This document shows, piece by piece, positions 35,660 through 47,800 of a stretch of DNA of 64,000 nucleotides (position 1 is the stretch's first letter; each line of letters starts with the position of its first letter). The DNA is from Narcine bancroftii (Eukaryota), in the NCBI RefSeq assembly GCF_036971445.1, contig NC_091478.1, forward strand, positions 19,716,001 through 19,780,000, read 5' to 3'. The translations under genes and the position numbers were made by a program. Under the pieces are notes generated by a model. That model did not search any database and was not told the DNA's origin. It worked only from the letters and a program-made list of their open reading frames with translations.

Positions 35660-37210
35660 CAATTCAGAATCAGAATTTATTGTCATGAACAAGTCACGAA
35701 GTTCAGTGTTTTGTGCCAGCATTGTAGTGCAAACCTTCATGTAAACCACCTTACAGCAATAATTTATTTTTAAATGAGTGCACAAAAATAAGCAAGTGCC
35801 TTTGGTTCATTGATCATTCAGGAATCTGATGGCTGCGGGGAAGAAGCTGACCTTGTGCTGCTGAGCGCTCGTCTTTAGGCTTCTGTACCTTTTTCCCGAT
35901 GGTAACAGAGTGAAGAGGGCATGGCCTGGGTGGTGGGGGTCTTTGAGGATAGAAGCTGCTTTTTTAAGACACCACCTCATGTAGATGTCCTCGATGAAAT
36001 GAAGTCTGGTGCCTGTGATGTCACAGGCCGAGTTAACAACCCTCTGGAGGTTTTTTCTTGACCTGAGAGTTGGCGTCTCGATACCAGGGAGTGATGAACC
36101 CAGCCAAAATTCTCCCCACGGTGCACCTGTAGATGTTGTTGAGAATCTTCAGTGATATACCAAATCTCCTCAAACACCTCACAAAGTATCACCTTTTTTT
36201 TTAAATTTTTTTATTTTTCACACCATAAACCACATTAACCATGATACATACTTTTTCCTTTTCAAATATATACAGTGCCATTTTCTCCTCCCTCCTCCCA
36301 TCCCACCCTCCCTACCTCCCCCCTCCCGTCCATTTAAAGTACAAAATCTAGGAAGATCGCCTTCTTCATGATGGCATAAACATGAAGGCTCCAAGATAGG
36401 TACTTGGAGATGTTGACACTGCAGAATTTGAAGTTCCTGACTCTCTCCACTACTGGGCCCTCAATAAGGACTGGATCATGTTCCCCTGACTTCCTCCTGA
36501 AGCCCACAATCATCTTCTTGGTTTTGCTAACATTGAGCACAAGGTTGTTGGTGTAACACCACTCAATGAGGTGATCTACCTCCCTCCTGTACAATTCATT
36601 GGCACTGATGTTGAAGGGAGTAGATAGCATCAAGTTTTAGGAATAGATATCTCCGGTAACCAGACCTGGGACAAAAACATTGACATGACAATCGAGAAAG
36701 AACATCAATGTCTCTACCTTGTCAGAGGGCTGAGGAAGTTCAATATGTACCCCTTGTAACTCAGCAACGTCTGCAGGGGCACCATCGAAAGCAGACTTGC
36801 TGGATGCATCAGAGTGGTACAGGAGCTGCTCTGCTACAGAAGGAAGTGAGCATAAAAAATATTTGCTCCCCTCCCTGGACTCCATCTACATCTGCTGCTT
36901 CGGAAAGGTATCTAACATGCTGAAAGACACATCACAGTATTTTCTCCCCTTCCATCAAGGAGAAGACTGAAGAGTATGGATACATGAATAAACTTGAAGA
37001 CAGTCTTCTCCCTGCAGCCGTCAGGCTCCTGAATGAACCTTATGAAAATTCCCTCACGCTGACCTTGCTCAGTGCCAAGTGATCTTTCTTTTCAATGCAA
37101 TCCTACACTCTGTAAATTGTGCTCTTTACACAGATGTACCTGTTGATCTGTTTGCAAAAGAACCCTTTTCACTAGGTATTTTCTGACAAATAAACTGAAA
37201 CAAAAGAAGA
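35660..37210. mobile_element. Rex1/Babar-like LINE fragments (minus 35660-36600, interrupted by an L1-type 3' tail at ~36193-36352; older plus copy 36600-37210)
   Basis: ORF 36334-36633(-) YRREVDHLIEWCYTNNLVLNVSKTKKMIVGFRR...VERVRNFKF is the Rex1 RT C-terminal region. Confidence 0.8.
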
Positions 37211-37239
37211 GCACAGAGTATAATGCTTAATTCACCAGA

Positions 37240-37650
37240 TCGGTTTCCGGGGTGGCAGGTTGAGGAGAGACTGTGTAGACTGGGCCTGTATTTCCAATTT
37301 TGTAGAATGAGCAGGTATCTCATTACAATTTATGCATTTATCATGCAGGAAGAGTGTTTCCCCTGGCTGAGTTCTGTACCCATCACAGTCTTAGAAGAGA
37401 GGGTAGGCGATTTTGAGGAAAATGTTCTTCCCTCAAAAGATGGTGAACCGTTTGAATTCTATACCCCAGTGGTTTGTGCTGGTTCAGCCATTGAGCTTGT
37501 AGATTTCTGAATATTAAGGGGATTGTGGGGTGTAATAGAGTTAGGAGGAGCTGAGATTGAAGATACCATAATTCATTTCTGTTGAATGACAGAGCAGGAT
37601 TGAAGGGCAAAGTGGCCTATCCGTGCTCAAAATTCTTAAATTCTTATTCA
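37240..37650 (+). mobile_element. CR1-like LINE 3' fragment
   Basis: EERLCRLGLYF.. motif and a CR1-type tail. Confidence 0.6.
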
Positions 37651-38655
37651 TCCCAATACAGGGGTGGCACAGTTAGAGAAGTGGTTAGCGCAAGCAACCG
37701 GCTTCAAATCCTGTGCCGCCTGAAAGGAGTTTGTCTGTTCTCCCCGTGTCTATGAGGGCTTCCTCTGGGTGCTCTGGTTTCCTCCCTCCCTTCAAAATTG
37801 TACTGTACCATGGTTGTAGGTTAATTGGGCTGAAAGGGTTTCTTACCCTACTGTCTGTCTAAATAAAATGAATAAATACAGGGAAAGGCTGCTAAAAGGT
37901 ATGTTTACAAGGTCAGCTCAAATTTGACCCATTTTTAGTATGAATGGGAAGGGTGAATGTGATGCTTAGACCACTGTCTAGTACTTGCTGACCCATTCCT
38001 ACCTAAATTTGACCACTGTGGTTTCAGAGCAGCCTAGGATAATTGAAGTCTAGTGTTCACAGCCATTCTGCTGATTGTTCCAAGTCCTGCTTGTTGACAG
38101 AAAGAAATGAAATGGTTGGGATCGTTGATTAGCACATTGCCATTACAATGCCAGCAATTGGGACTGGGGTTCAAATCCTGCAGTGTCTTTAAGGAGTTTG
38201 TACATTCTCCCCATGTCTGTGTGGGTTTTCCCAGAGGGCTCCTATTTCCTCCCACCATCTGAAATGTACTGGGGTGTAGGTTAATTGAGTATAATTGGGT
38301 GGCACAGACTCCTGGGCCAAAATGGCCTGTTACTGTGCTGTATGTCTAATTTTACATTTAAAAATTTTAATTTAATTTTTAAAAAAATTATTTAAAAAAA
38401 ATGATGAGGCAGCAGATAATACTGAACAAAAGGGCTCCACCAAATTTGGAGTGTGGAAGAAAATAGGCAGGGATGATCTGTTAAGTTAGAAGGAAGTCTC
38501 AATGAATGTGATATTATTTCTTTTTCATTATCATTAAATAATCTATTATCTAAAATAAATGAGCCCAATTGTACCTGATGTTACAAAGTCAATCTGAAAG
38601 AGAACTTAACTTAGGGGTACTGAATCTAATCAGTCTGAATTTACCCAACAACAGT

Positions 38656-39021
38656 CAGTGGTTTTCAAGCTTTTTCTTTCCACTCACGTACCACTTTAAG
38701 TAATCCCTATGCCCTGTGATGAGTAAGGGATTGCTTAAGGTGGGATGTGAGTGAGAAAGGAAGGTTGAGAATCACTGCTCTAGACCCAATTGTTACTGAA
38801 ATATTTTGCTTGAGAAAAATGATAATTGGCCCAATTCCTTTGGCATTATGAAACCGTGCACATAACAAGTCAATTAGGTATAATTTAAACAGTAGATTTC
38901 AAACTTTTTCTTCCCACCCACATCCCATCTTAAGCAATCCCTTACTCATCACAGAGCAACTATGGCATAAGGAATACTTAAAGTGGTATGTGAGTGGAAA
39001 GAAAAAGCTTGAGAACCATTG
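38656..39021. mobile_element. Composite palindromic hAT-like MITE
   Basis: Outer termini CAGTGGTTTTCAAGCTTTTTCTTTCCACTCAC...GTGAGTGGAAAGAAAAAGCTTGAGAACCATTG; built from two self-complementary units (38656-38777, 38890-39021) in inverted orientation. Confidence 0.85.
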
Positions 39022-39071
39022 AACAACTTGCTTGGACTTTCATCAACAACACCAAAGTGGAGTATGCATGT

Positions 39072-39757
39072 CTTTTTTTGTTCTTTTTTCTTTGGCTTGG
39101 CTTCGCAGACAAAGATTTATGGAGGGGTAATGTCCACGTCAGCTGCAGGCTCGTTTGTAGCTGACAAGTCCGATGCGGGACAGGCAGACACGGTTGCAAG
39201 GGAAAATTGGTTGGTTGGGGTTGGGTGTTGGGTTTTTCCTCCTTTGTCTTTTGTCAGTGAGGTGGGCTCTGTGGTCTTCTTCAAAGGAGGTTGCTGCCCG
39301 CCGAACTGTGAGGCGCCAAGATGCACGGTTTGAGGCGATATCAGCCCACTGGCGGTGGTCAATGTGGCAGGCACCAAGAGATTTCTTTAGGCAGTCCTTG
39401 TACCTCTTCTTTGGTGCACCTCTGTCACGGTGGCCAGTGGAGAGCTCGCCATATAACACGATCTTGGGAAGGCGATGGTCCTCCATTCTGGAGACGTGAC
39501 CAAAATGCATGAGTTTTTCAAGCTCTGCTGGGACCAAGGAAAGCTGCCTCAGGACCTTCGTGATGCCATCATCATCACCCCGTACAAAAACAAAGGCGAG
39601 AAATCAGACTGCTCAAACTACAGGGGAATCACGCTGCTCTCCATTGCAAGCAAAATCTTTGCTAGGATTCTCCTAAATAGAATAATACCTAGTGTCGCCG
39701 AAAATGTTCTCCCAGAATCACAGTGCTGCTTTCGCGCAAACAGAGAAACTACTGACA
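39072..39757 (-). mobile_element. RTE-clade LINE with 5' inversion and 14-bp TSD
   Basis: TSD TGGAGTATGCATGT at 39058-39071 and 39758-39771; minus segment 39072-~39501 (3' end), plus segment ~39502-39757 (CWDQGKLPQDLRDA...CSNYRGITLLS...PESQC.FR). Confidence 0.93.
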
Positions 39758-40556
39758 TGGAGTATGCATGTAGTCAGGTGTAAATTAGGTCACAACTGTA
39801 GTTACATCTCTGAGTGACTCCATCTCTCATGTCAGTAAAAGGCAGCATGAACCAGTGTCAAGAAAAGTCTTGAGCATGTCTAACCGAGTTGAGATCGAGA
39901 AAGCAAACCCAAATGTGTTGATTCACTCTGCCTGAAGGATGCCACAAAGTTGTAGCAGGAAGATAAATAAGCAAAATTATAGGTGGCCATAGGAAAATAG
40001 CCAGATATAATTACCCATTAGTTAACAGAGTTGCTGTAGGCCAATAATAAACTTCCACTAATTGCCACTCTGTACAGTATATGATAAAACCTGTGTAACT
40101 AAAGATAAGTGAAATCAAAAACTGGCTTCACAAGATGAACATGGTGATAATTTACATAGTTGCCCAGGATGCAGTACAACTTTTCCTAATAATTACTGCC
40201 TAGAAACCAAAGCAATGCTCTCATAGGCTGTTCGTGGGTGTTTCAGCTGCCAAGCTTGCCCAGACCTCCCTTAAGAGTGATGATTCTTTAAGCAAACACT
40301 TTAATGATAATAAGCAAGATCCAAGGTACAGAATAACATCTATTAATCACAACAGAAACATCAGGATGGACATGGAATGTTGTTGATAAATCCACACCCA
40401 AATGTTAATTGCTGTTCCTTTTCTACATGCTGATTCACCTGCTATGAATTTCCAGTATTCTCTTACACATGACTTTGTATGACCTGTGTTGGGCAGCAGG
40501 TTTGGCGACAGGAAACTCCTGTGCTTCAGATGCTAAGTCAGAGTAAATGAATGAAT

Positions 40557-42130
40557 CTCTTTCTTCTCTTTGGCTTGGCTTCGCGGACGAAGATTTATGG
40601 AGGGGGTAAAAAGTCCACGTCAGCTGCAGGCTCGTTTGTGGCTGACAAGTCCGATGCGGGACAGGCAGACACGATTGCAGCGGTTGCAGGGGAAAATTGG
40701 TTGGTTGGGGTTGGGTGTTGGGTTTTTCCTCCTTTGCCTTTTGTCAGTGAGGTGGGCTCTGCGGTCTTCTTCAAAGGAGGTTGCTGCCCGCCAAACTGTG
40801 AGGCGCCAAGATGCACGGTTTGAGGCGTTATCAGCCCACTGGCGGTGGTCAATGTGGCAGGCACCAAGAGATTTCTTTAGGCAGTCCTTGTACCTTTTCT
40901 TTGGTGCACCTCTGTCACGGTGGCCAGTGGAGAGCTCGCCATATAACACGATCTTGGGAAGGCGATGGTCCTCCATTCTGGAGACGTGACCCATCCAGCG
41001 CAGCTGGATCTTCAGCAGCGTGGACTCGATGCTGTCGACCTCTGCCATCTCGAGTACTTCGACGTTAGGGATGTAAGCGCTCCAATGGATGTTGAGGATG
41101 GAGCGGAGACAACGCTGGTGGAAGCGTTCTAGGAGCCGTAGGTGGTGCCGGTAGAGGACCCATGATTCGGAGCCGAACAGGAGTGTGGGTATGACAACGG
41201 CTCTGTATACGCTTATCTTTGTGAGGTTTTTCAGTTGGTTGTTTTTCCAGACTCTTTTGTGTAGTCTTCCAAAGGCGCTATTTGCCTTGGCGAGTCTGTT
41301 GTCTATCTCATCGTCGATCCTTGCATCTGATGAAATGGTGCAGCCGAGATAGGTAAACTGGTTGACCGTTTTGAGTTTTGTGTGCCCGATGGAGATGTGG
41401 GGGGGCTGGTAGTCATGGTGGGGAGCTGGCTGATGGAGGACCTCAGTTTTCTTCAGGCTGACTTCCAGGCCAAACATTTTGGCAGTTTCCGCAAAGCAGG
41501 ACGTCAAGCGCTGAAGAGCTGGCTCTGAATGGGCAACTAAAGCGGCATCGTCTGCAAAGAGTAGTTCACGGAGAAGCTCAAACTACAGGGGAATCACGTT
41601 GCTCTCCATTGCAGGCAAAATCTTCGCTAGGATTCTACTAAATAGAATAATACCTAGTGTCGCCGAGAATATTCTCCCAGAATCACAGTGCGGCTTTCGC
41701 GCAAACAGAGGAACTACTGACATGGTCTTTGCCCTCAGACAGCTCCAAGAAAAGTGCAGAGAACAAAACAAAGGACTCTACATCACCTTTGTTGACCTCA
41801 CCAAAGCCTTCGACACCGTGAGCAGGAAAGGGCTCTGGCAAATACTAGAGCGCATCGGATGTCCCCCAAAGTTCCTCAACATGATTATCCAACTGCACGA
41901 AAACCAACAAGGTCGGGTCAGATACAGCAATGAGCTCTCTGAACCCTTCTCCATTAACAATGGCGTGAAGCAAGGCTGTGTTCTCGCACCAACCCTCTTT
42001 TCAATCTTCTTCAGCATGATGCTGAACCAAGCTATGAAAGACCCCAACAATGAAGACGCTGTTTACATCCGGTACCGCACGGATGGCAGTCTCTTCAATC
42101 TGAGGCGCCTGCAAGCTCACACCAAGACAC
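40557..42130 (-). mobile_element. RTE-clade LINE with 5' inversion and 12-bp TSD
   Basis: TSD AAATGAATGAAT at 40545-40556 and 42131-42142; minus segment 40557-~41572 (LLFADD to tail), plus segment ~41576-42130 (NYRGITLLS, FVDLTKAFDTV, GVKQGCVLAPTLF); both frames are uninterrupted. Confidence 0.95.
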
Positions 42131-42199
42131 AAATGAATGAATAATACATGCCAAAATCCCCTTGCCTGATTCAATGGCAGGGTTAGAGCTCGATGGTTA

Positions 42200-43078
42200 A
42201 TGTCTTTTCAGTAAAAGTAGTCTCAAATGTGCCGTACGTGGCTACTGAACAAGATAAAAGCTCAAGGTACTATGGGAAAGTACTAGCATGGATGGAAGAT
42301 CAGCTGACTGGCAGAAGCTAAAGAGTGGGAATAAAGGGGGCATTTCTGGCAGGCTGCCAGTGGCTAGGGGTGTTCTACAGAGGTTGGTGTTGAGTCTGCT
42401 ACTTTTCACACTACTTGAAAGTGATTTGGATGCCAGGTGGATGGCTTTGTGGTGTGATGTTTACAGATTATCTGAAGATAGGGCGGTAAGTGTTGAGGAA
42501 GTAAGGAGTCCACAGAGGGACTTGACTAGTTTGGGAGAATGGCCAAGGAAGTGGCAGGTGGAATACAGTGGAGAGACGATTTTGGCCATGCACTGTGGTA
42601 GAAGGGATAAAGAAGTAGATTATTTTCTTAATGGAGGAGGGGGGAAAAATCAGACGGTGGAGGCCCTAAGGGTCTAGAACAGGATTCCCTGATTGTTAAC
42701 TTGCAAGTTGAGTCAGTACTAAGGAAGGCAAATGCAATGTTTGGAATCATTTCGAGAGGACGAGAATATAAAACCAGAAATGTAATGCTGAGGCTTTATA
42801 AGGCATTGGTCAGACCACGTTTGGAGTATTGCGAGGAGTTTTGGGCCCCATAATTAAGGAAGGATGTGCTGGTGTACGATCCAGAAGAGTAATATAAGAA
42901 TGATCCCAGGGATGAGAGGGTTAACATATAAGGAGCATTTGATGGTTCTGGGACCTGAACACACTGGAGTTTAAAAGGGTGAGGGGGATCTCATCGAAAC
43001 GTATCAAATATTAAAAGAGCAGGATAGACTGGACATAGTAAAGATGTTTCCAGTAGTGGGGGAGTTTAGGACCAGGTG
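42200..43078 (+). mobile_element. CR1-like LINE RT fragment (degenerate)
   Basis: GVLQRLVLSLLLF, QRDLTSLGEWPRKWQVEY, YKALVRPRLEYC..FWAP motifs. Confidence 0.8.
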
Positions 43079-43079
43079 T

Positions 43080-44810
43080 AGAGGAGACTGGGAGATCTCT
43101 GTTGAGCACCTCAGCTCTGTCTGCCACAATAGCATGGATCTCCCAGTAATCACCCATTTCAATTCCATGTGCTTTTCCCTTGCTGACAGGTCTGTTCATG
43201 GTCTCATGCACGGCCAACTGAGACCACCTGCAAAATGAAAGAACAACACCTCATATTCCATCTGCCTCCAACCAGATGGCATTAACATGGACTTAGTGAA
43301 ACATGAAAGTCTGCAGGCACTGTGGTTGTAGTAAAAACACACCAAAATGTTGGAGGAACTTAGCTGGTCTTTCAGTGTCCTTAGGAGACAAAGATATATT
43401 GCCGACATTTTGGGCCTAAGCCCTTCTTAAAGAAATAAGCAAAGAATAATCAAAATGAGCAAAAAACAAGAAATCTCAGAATACAGACAACACTGGCTAC
43501 TTGAAGAGTCCAGACCAACAAAAGTGTTAATTGGATATGATAAGGGGAGAGGTGAGAATTGATTATGTCTGTGTGAAAGGAGACATAAAAGGGAGAGAGA
43601 CAGAGCTGAGGGAAGGTGACAGTGGAGGGGGGGGGGACGGGGAGGGGATGAAGTGAGAGGGGGAGGTTTAACAAAAGCAGAAAAGCTGATATTAATGCCA
43701 TCTGGTTGGAGGGTGCCCATTTGGAAGGTGAGGTGTTGTTTCTCCAACTTGTGGGTTGTCTCAGTCTGGCCGGACATGAGACCATGGACAAGTCAGCAAG
43801 GGAACAGAACAGGGAAATGAAATGAGTGGCTCCTGGGAGATTCATGCTATTGCGGCGGACAGAGACAAGATGCTCAACAAAGCGATCTCCAAGACTGCGA
43901 CCTGTCTCTCCGATGTAGACGAGACCACAGCACCGGATTCATCAGGTAACCCCTGCAGATTCATAAGTGAAAAGTTGCTTCACTCGGTGAAGGTGGTGAA
44001 AGAGGAGGTGTTGGCACAAGTGGAGCATCTCCTGCAGTCACAGGGGTAGGCACCAAGGGGATGATTGATGGGGAAAGAGGAGTGGACAAGGGAGCAAAGG
44101 AGTGGCCAGTCCCTGCGGAAAGCAGAGAGGGCAATATGTTTTCTGGTGGGATCACATAGTAGGTGGCAGAAATGGTGAAGGAGGATGTGGTGGATGCGGA
44201 GGCTGATAGGGTGGTAATTGAGGACAAGAGGAATCCTCTCCTTGTTGCGCATGGGGGGCAGAGGGCCAGGGCAAATATGCGAGTAATGGAGGATATGGGG
44301 GTGAGGGCTGAGTTGATGGTGGTAGAGGGAAAGCCACATTGTTTGAAGAAGGAGGTCATCTCAAATGATCTGGCATGGAGACAGAGGAATTGAGAGAATG
44401 GAATGGAATCCATGCAGGGGACATGGTGTGGAGTTGTAGTCAAAGTAGCTCTAAGAGTTGGTGGGTCTGAGATGGAGATAGGGATTGAGGAAAGGGAGAG
44501 TGATGCCAGTGATGAACCAAGAGAATTTGAAATTGGGATAGAAGTTGGCAGCAAAGTGGATGGTTGATGGGAACATGAGGCAGCTCCAAAGTGGTCATCA
44601 ATGTAGTGGAGGAAGAATTGCCTGTTCAGGCTTGTAGTATGGATTGCTTCATGTATCAAATAAAAAGCCAGGCATAACTGGGTCTCTTGTGTGTTACACA
44701 TCACTATGCCTTTGACCTGGAGAAAGTGTCAAAGGGTAAATTATTGAGGATGAGGACAAGTTTTGTTAGCTGGAGGAGAGTGGTGGAGGAGGGGGACTGG
44801 TTGGGTCAGG
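43080..44810 (-). mobile_element. Penelope-like element (RT plus GIY-YIG) with partially duplicated 3' end
   Basis: Minus strand: FLHYIDDHF (RT), DSIPFSQFL, YIGETGRSLGDRFVEHL (GIY-YIG region), LQPDGINI C-terminus and terminal repeat at ~43305-43440; the ORF end is repeated at 43080-43290. Confidence 0.88.
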
Positions 44811-44814
44811 CATC

Positions 44815-47800
44815 GTGTGTGTTCAGTGGAGAGGGGCGTGTGTGGGGTGATTAGCAGTGGTCTCCAGGGCTCCTGAAGGAGCCAAGTCCCTAGCAGAGAT
44901 GGTGTCTTCGTGTCCATCAGGGTATGGAAATTAGGCATAATGGGGGTTGGTATGGAAGAGGTGGACCCTTTTGACCAGGGGTTCAGACTTATGGTTCCTC
45001 ACATGCTTCCGAAGTAGGACGGGCTCTAGGGACGTGTCGCCAGTAGTGTGGTCCCTGTCGTGGATTTCCTGGGAAAGGAAAACATATGCTCATGTGGTGT
45101 GGCATTTGTGGCCAGACATAGCAGGGACCTGATAGAGTGGAGTGCCTCCGGGAGGTCCTCATGACAATGGGAGACTGGAAGGCCCTTAGACTGCAAGGCT
45201 AGGAGGACTGTCTTTCAAACCGTACCATTATCCCTCTCCGCTTGCCCATTACCACAGGGGTTGTAACTAGTGGTCCTGCTCATGGGCCAACAGGCACTGG
45301 TGCAGATCTTCATTCATAAAGAAGGCCCCCAGTCTTTGTGGATATAACTGGGGAAGCCAAATAGAGTGAAGAGGCTGTGCAGTGCCTTGATGACAGTGGC
45401 AGCCGTCATGACCAAGCAGGGGACGGCAAATGGAAATGGGAGTATTCATCAATGATGTTAAGAAAATACACATTGCAGTCAGTGGAAGGCAAGGGTCCTT
45501 AAAATTGACATTAATTAATTGCACCCTGTCTGGCCGGTAGAAGTGCAGCTTGCACTCAGCGCAGACCTGGCACTTCTTTGTCAAGGACCTGATCTCGTCG
45601 ATGGAGTATGGCAGGTTGCATGCTTTGACAAAAAGAGAAAACCTGGTAACTCCGGGGTGAAGAGATTGTTGTGGAGGTTTTGTAACTGGTTGATCTGCGC
45701 GCTGGAACAGATCCCATGGGACAGGACATCTGGTGGCTCATTACATTTCCCCGCCCGGTACAAAATATCGTAATTGTAGGTGGACAGTGCAATCCTCCAT
45801 CTCAGTACTTTGTAATTTTTGATTTTACCCCACTGCTGATCATTAAACATGTACGCAACTGCGCATTGATCGGTCAGCAGGGTGAATCTCTTAATGGTCA
45901 GGTAATGTTGCCAGTGCCGCCCTGCCTCGACAATGGCTTGGGCCTCTTTCTCGACCAAGGAGTGTCAAACCTCGGGACCCTGCAGGGTACGTGAAAAAAA
46001 ATGCAACTGGCCTGCTGGCCTGCTTGCCTGCCTGGTTAAGGGTGGCTGCCAGGACAAAGTCTGACGCATCGCTTTCCACCTGAAACGGGGTGGATCATCC
46101 ACAGTGTGCATTGTGGCCTTGGTGATGTCTGCCTTAATGTGATTAAAGGCTGCAAGAGCCTCCACCGCCAGGGGGAAGGTAATGTGGATTTGATGAGGGG
46201 GTGGGCCTTGTCTGCATAATTGCGGACTCATTGGACATATAGGAAAAGAACCCAAGGCCCCTCTTCAGGGCCTTGAGGCTGTATGGAAGGGGAAGCTCCA
46301 GGAGCGGCCGCATGCAGTCAGGGTCAGGGCCCATGACTCCATTCTCCATGACACAGCCAAGGATGGCCAGACAGGTTGTGCGAAACGCACTTGGCCTTGT
46401 TATATGCAAGGTTAGGAGCTTGGCTGTTTTGAGAAATTTCCGGAGGTTGGTGTCATGGTCCTGCAAGACATGGCCACAGATGGTGACGTTATGAGGTACG
46501 GGAAAGTTGCTACAACTCATGCTGATCCACCATCCAGTCCATCTCCTGCTGGAAGACCGAGATGTCTTTTGTGACATGGAAAGGGACCCGCAGGAAGTGG
46601 TGGAGAGGGCCATCTGCCTCGAATGCTGTCTATACGTGGTCCCCTGAGTGGATAGGGAGTTGTGGTATGCCGACTTCATGTCGATGGTCAGAAAGACCCA
46701 ACACTGGGCAATTTGGTTAACTATATTGGCGATGCATGGGAGAGGGTATGCATCCAATTGCATGTATCTGTTGATGGTCCGACTGTAGTCGATGACCATC
46801 CTATTCTTTTCCCCGTTTCATACTACCACTACCTGTGTTCTCCAAGGGCCTGGTGCTGGCTTCAATTATGCCTTTCTTGAGTAAGTGCTGTACCTCTGCC
46901 TGAATGAAGACCCTGTTCCCGGCACTGTTCCACCTACTTTAAGTGGTGACAGGTTTACAGTCAGAAGTGAGGTTGCCGAATAACAACGGGGGATAATTTT
47001 AAGTGTGGAGAGCCCGCAGGTTGTGTATGGTGAATGATTGGGTTGTTGGCTGTGTATGCTGGGGGTTACAAGGGACAGGTGGTGTGCAGTGCCTGGTTCG
47101 AAGATTGCCAGTTATACACAGTGAGGGGTGAATGGGGCCCATCAGATTCTCTCGTCACATCTTTACGAAGACAATAGCAATAGCAGTGCAGAGTGCAGAG
47201 CTGAGGCATTACCATTAGTCTAAATTCATTTTAATCAGTATCCCGCACCATTAGAGTCACTACACAGAAGCCCGAGACGTCCGTTGTGTGTGACTTAGAT
47301 GCCAAGGTGATCTTCTGGTTCATCGGCAATACTGTAAGGGAAAGGCGCTGGACTGTTTCTGGGTATATGAAGCTCTCCATGCTCCCACTATCAAATAAGC
47401 AACTCATCATGTGGCCATTTACCTGAATATCCATCATCGAGTTGAAGTGGGCTGTGATGGAGGCCCACATTGCTGCTGTGGAAATCAGTGGTGTCCAGGA
47501 TGGCGGCCCACAGGGCCCACACGCAGTGCTGTTGGGTCCGGAAGATGGTGCCCAAGATGGCAGCCCCCACAGATCGCACATGGGGCTGCTGGCCCCCGGT
47601 GATGACGGTGTCCAGGGGTGGAAGCCCCCATGATCCACACATGGCACTGCTAGGAAGAGGTTTTGACTTACCCACTGTGGCATAGAGGCCCTTCTTCTTG
47701 CAGCTGGAGCAAGTTGAATCCTTCACGGGGCAGTGTTACCACCAATGCTTGTCCAGGCTGCAGAAGTAGCACTTTGGTTCTCCCATAGCACCGCGGCTGT

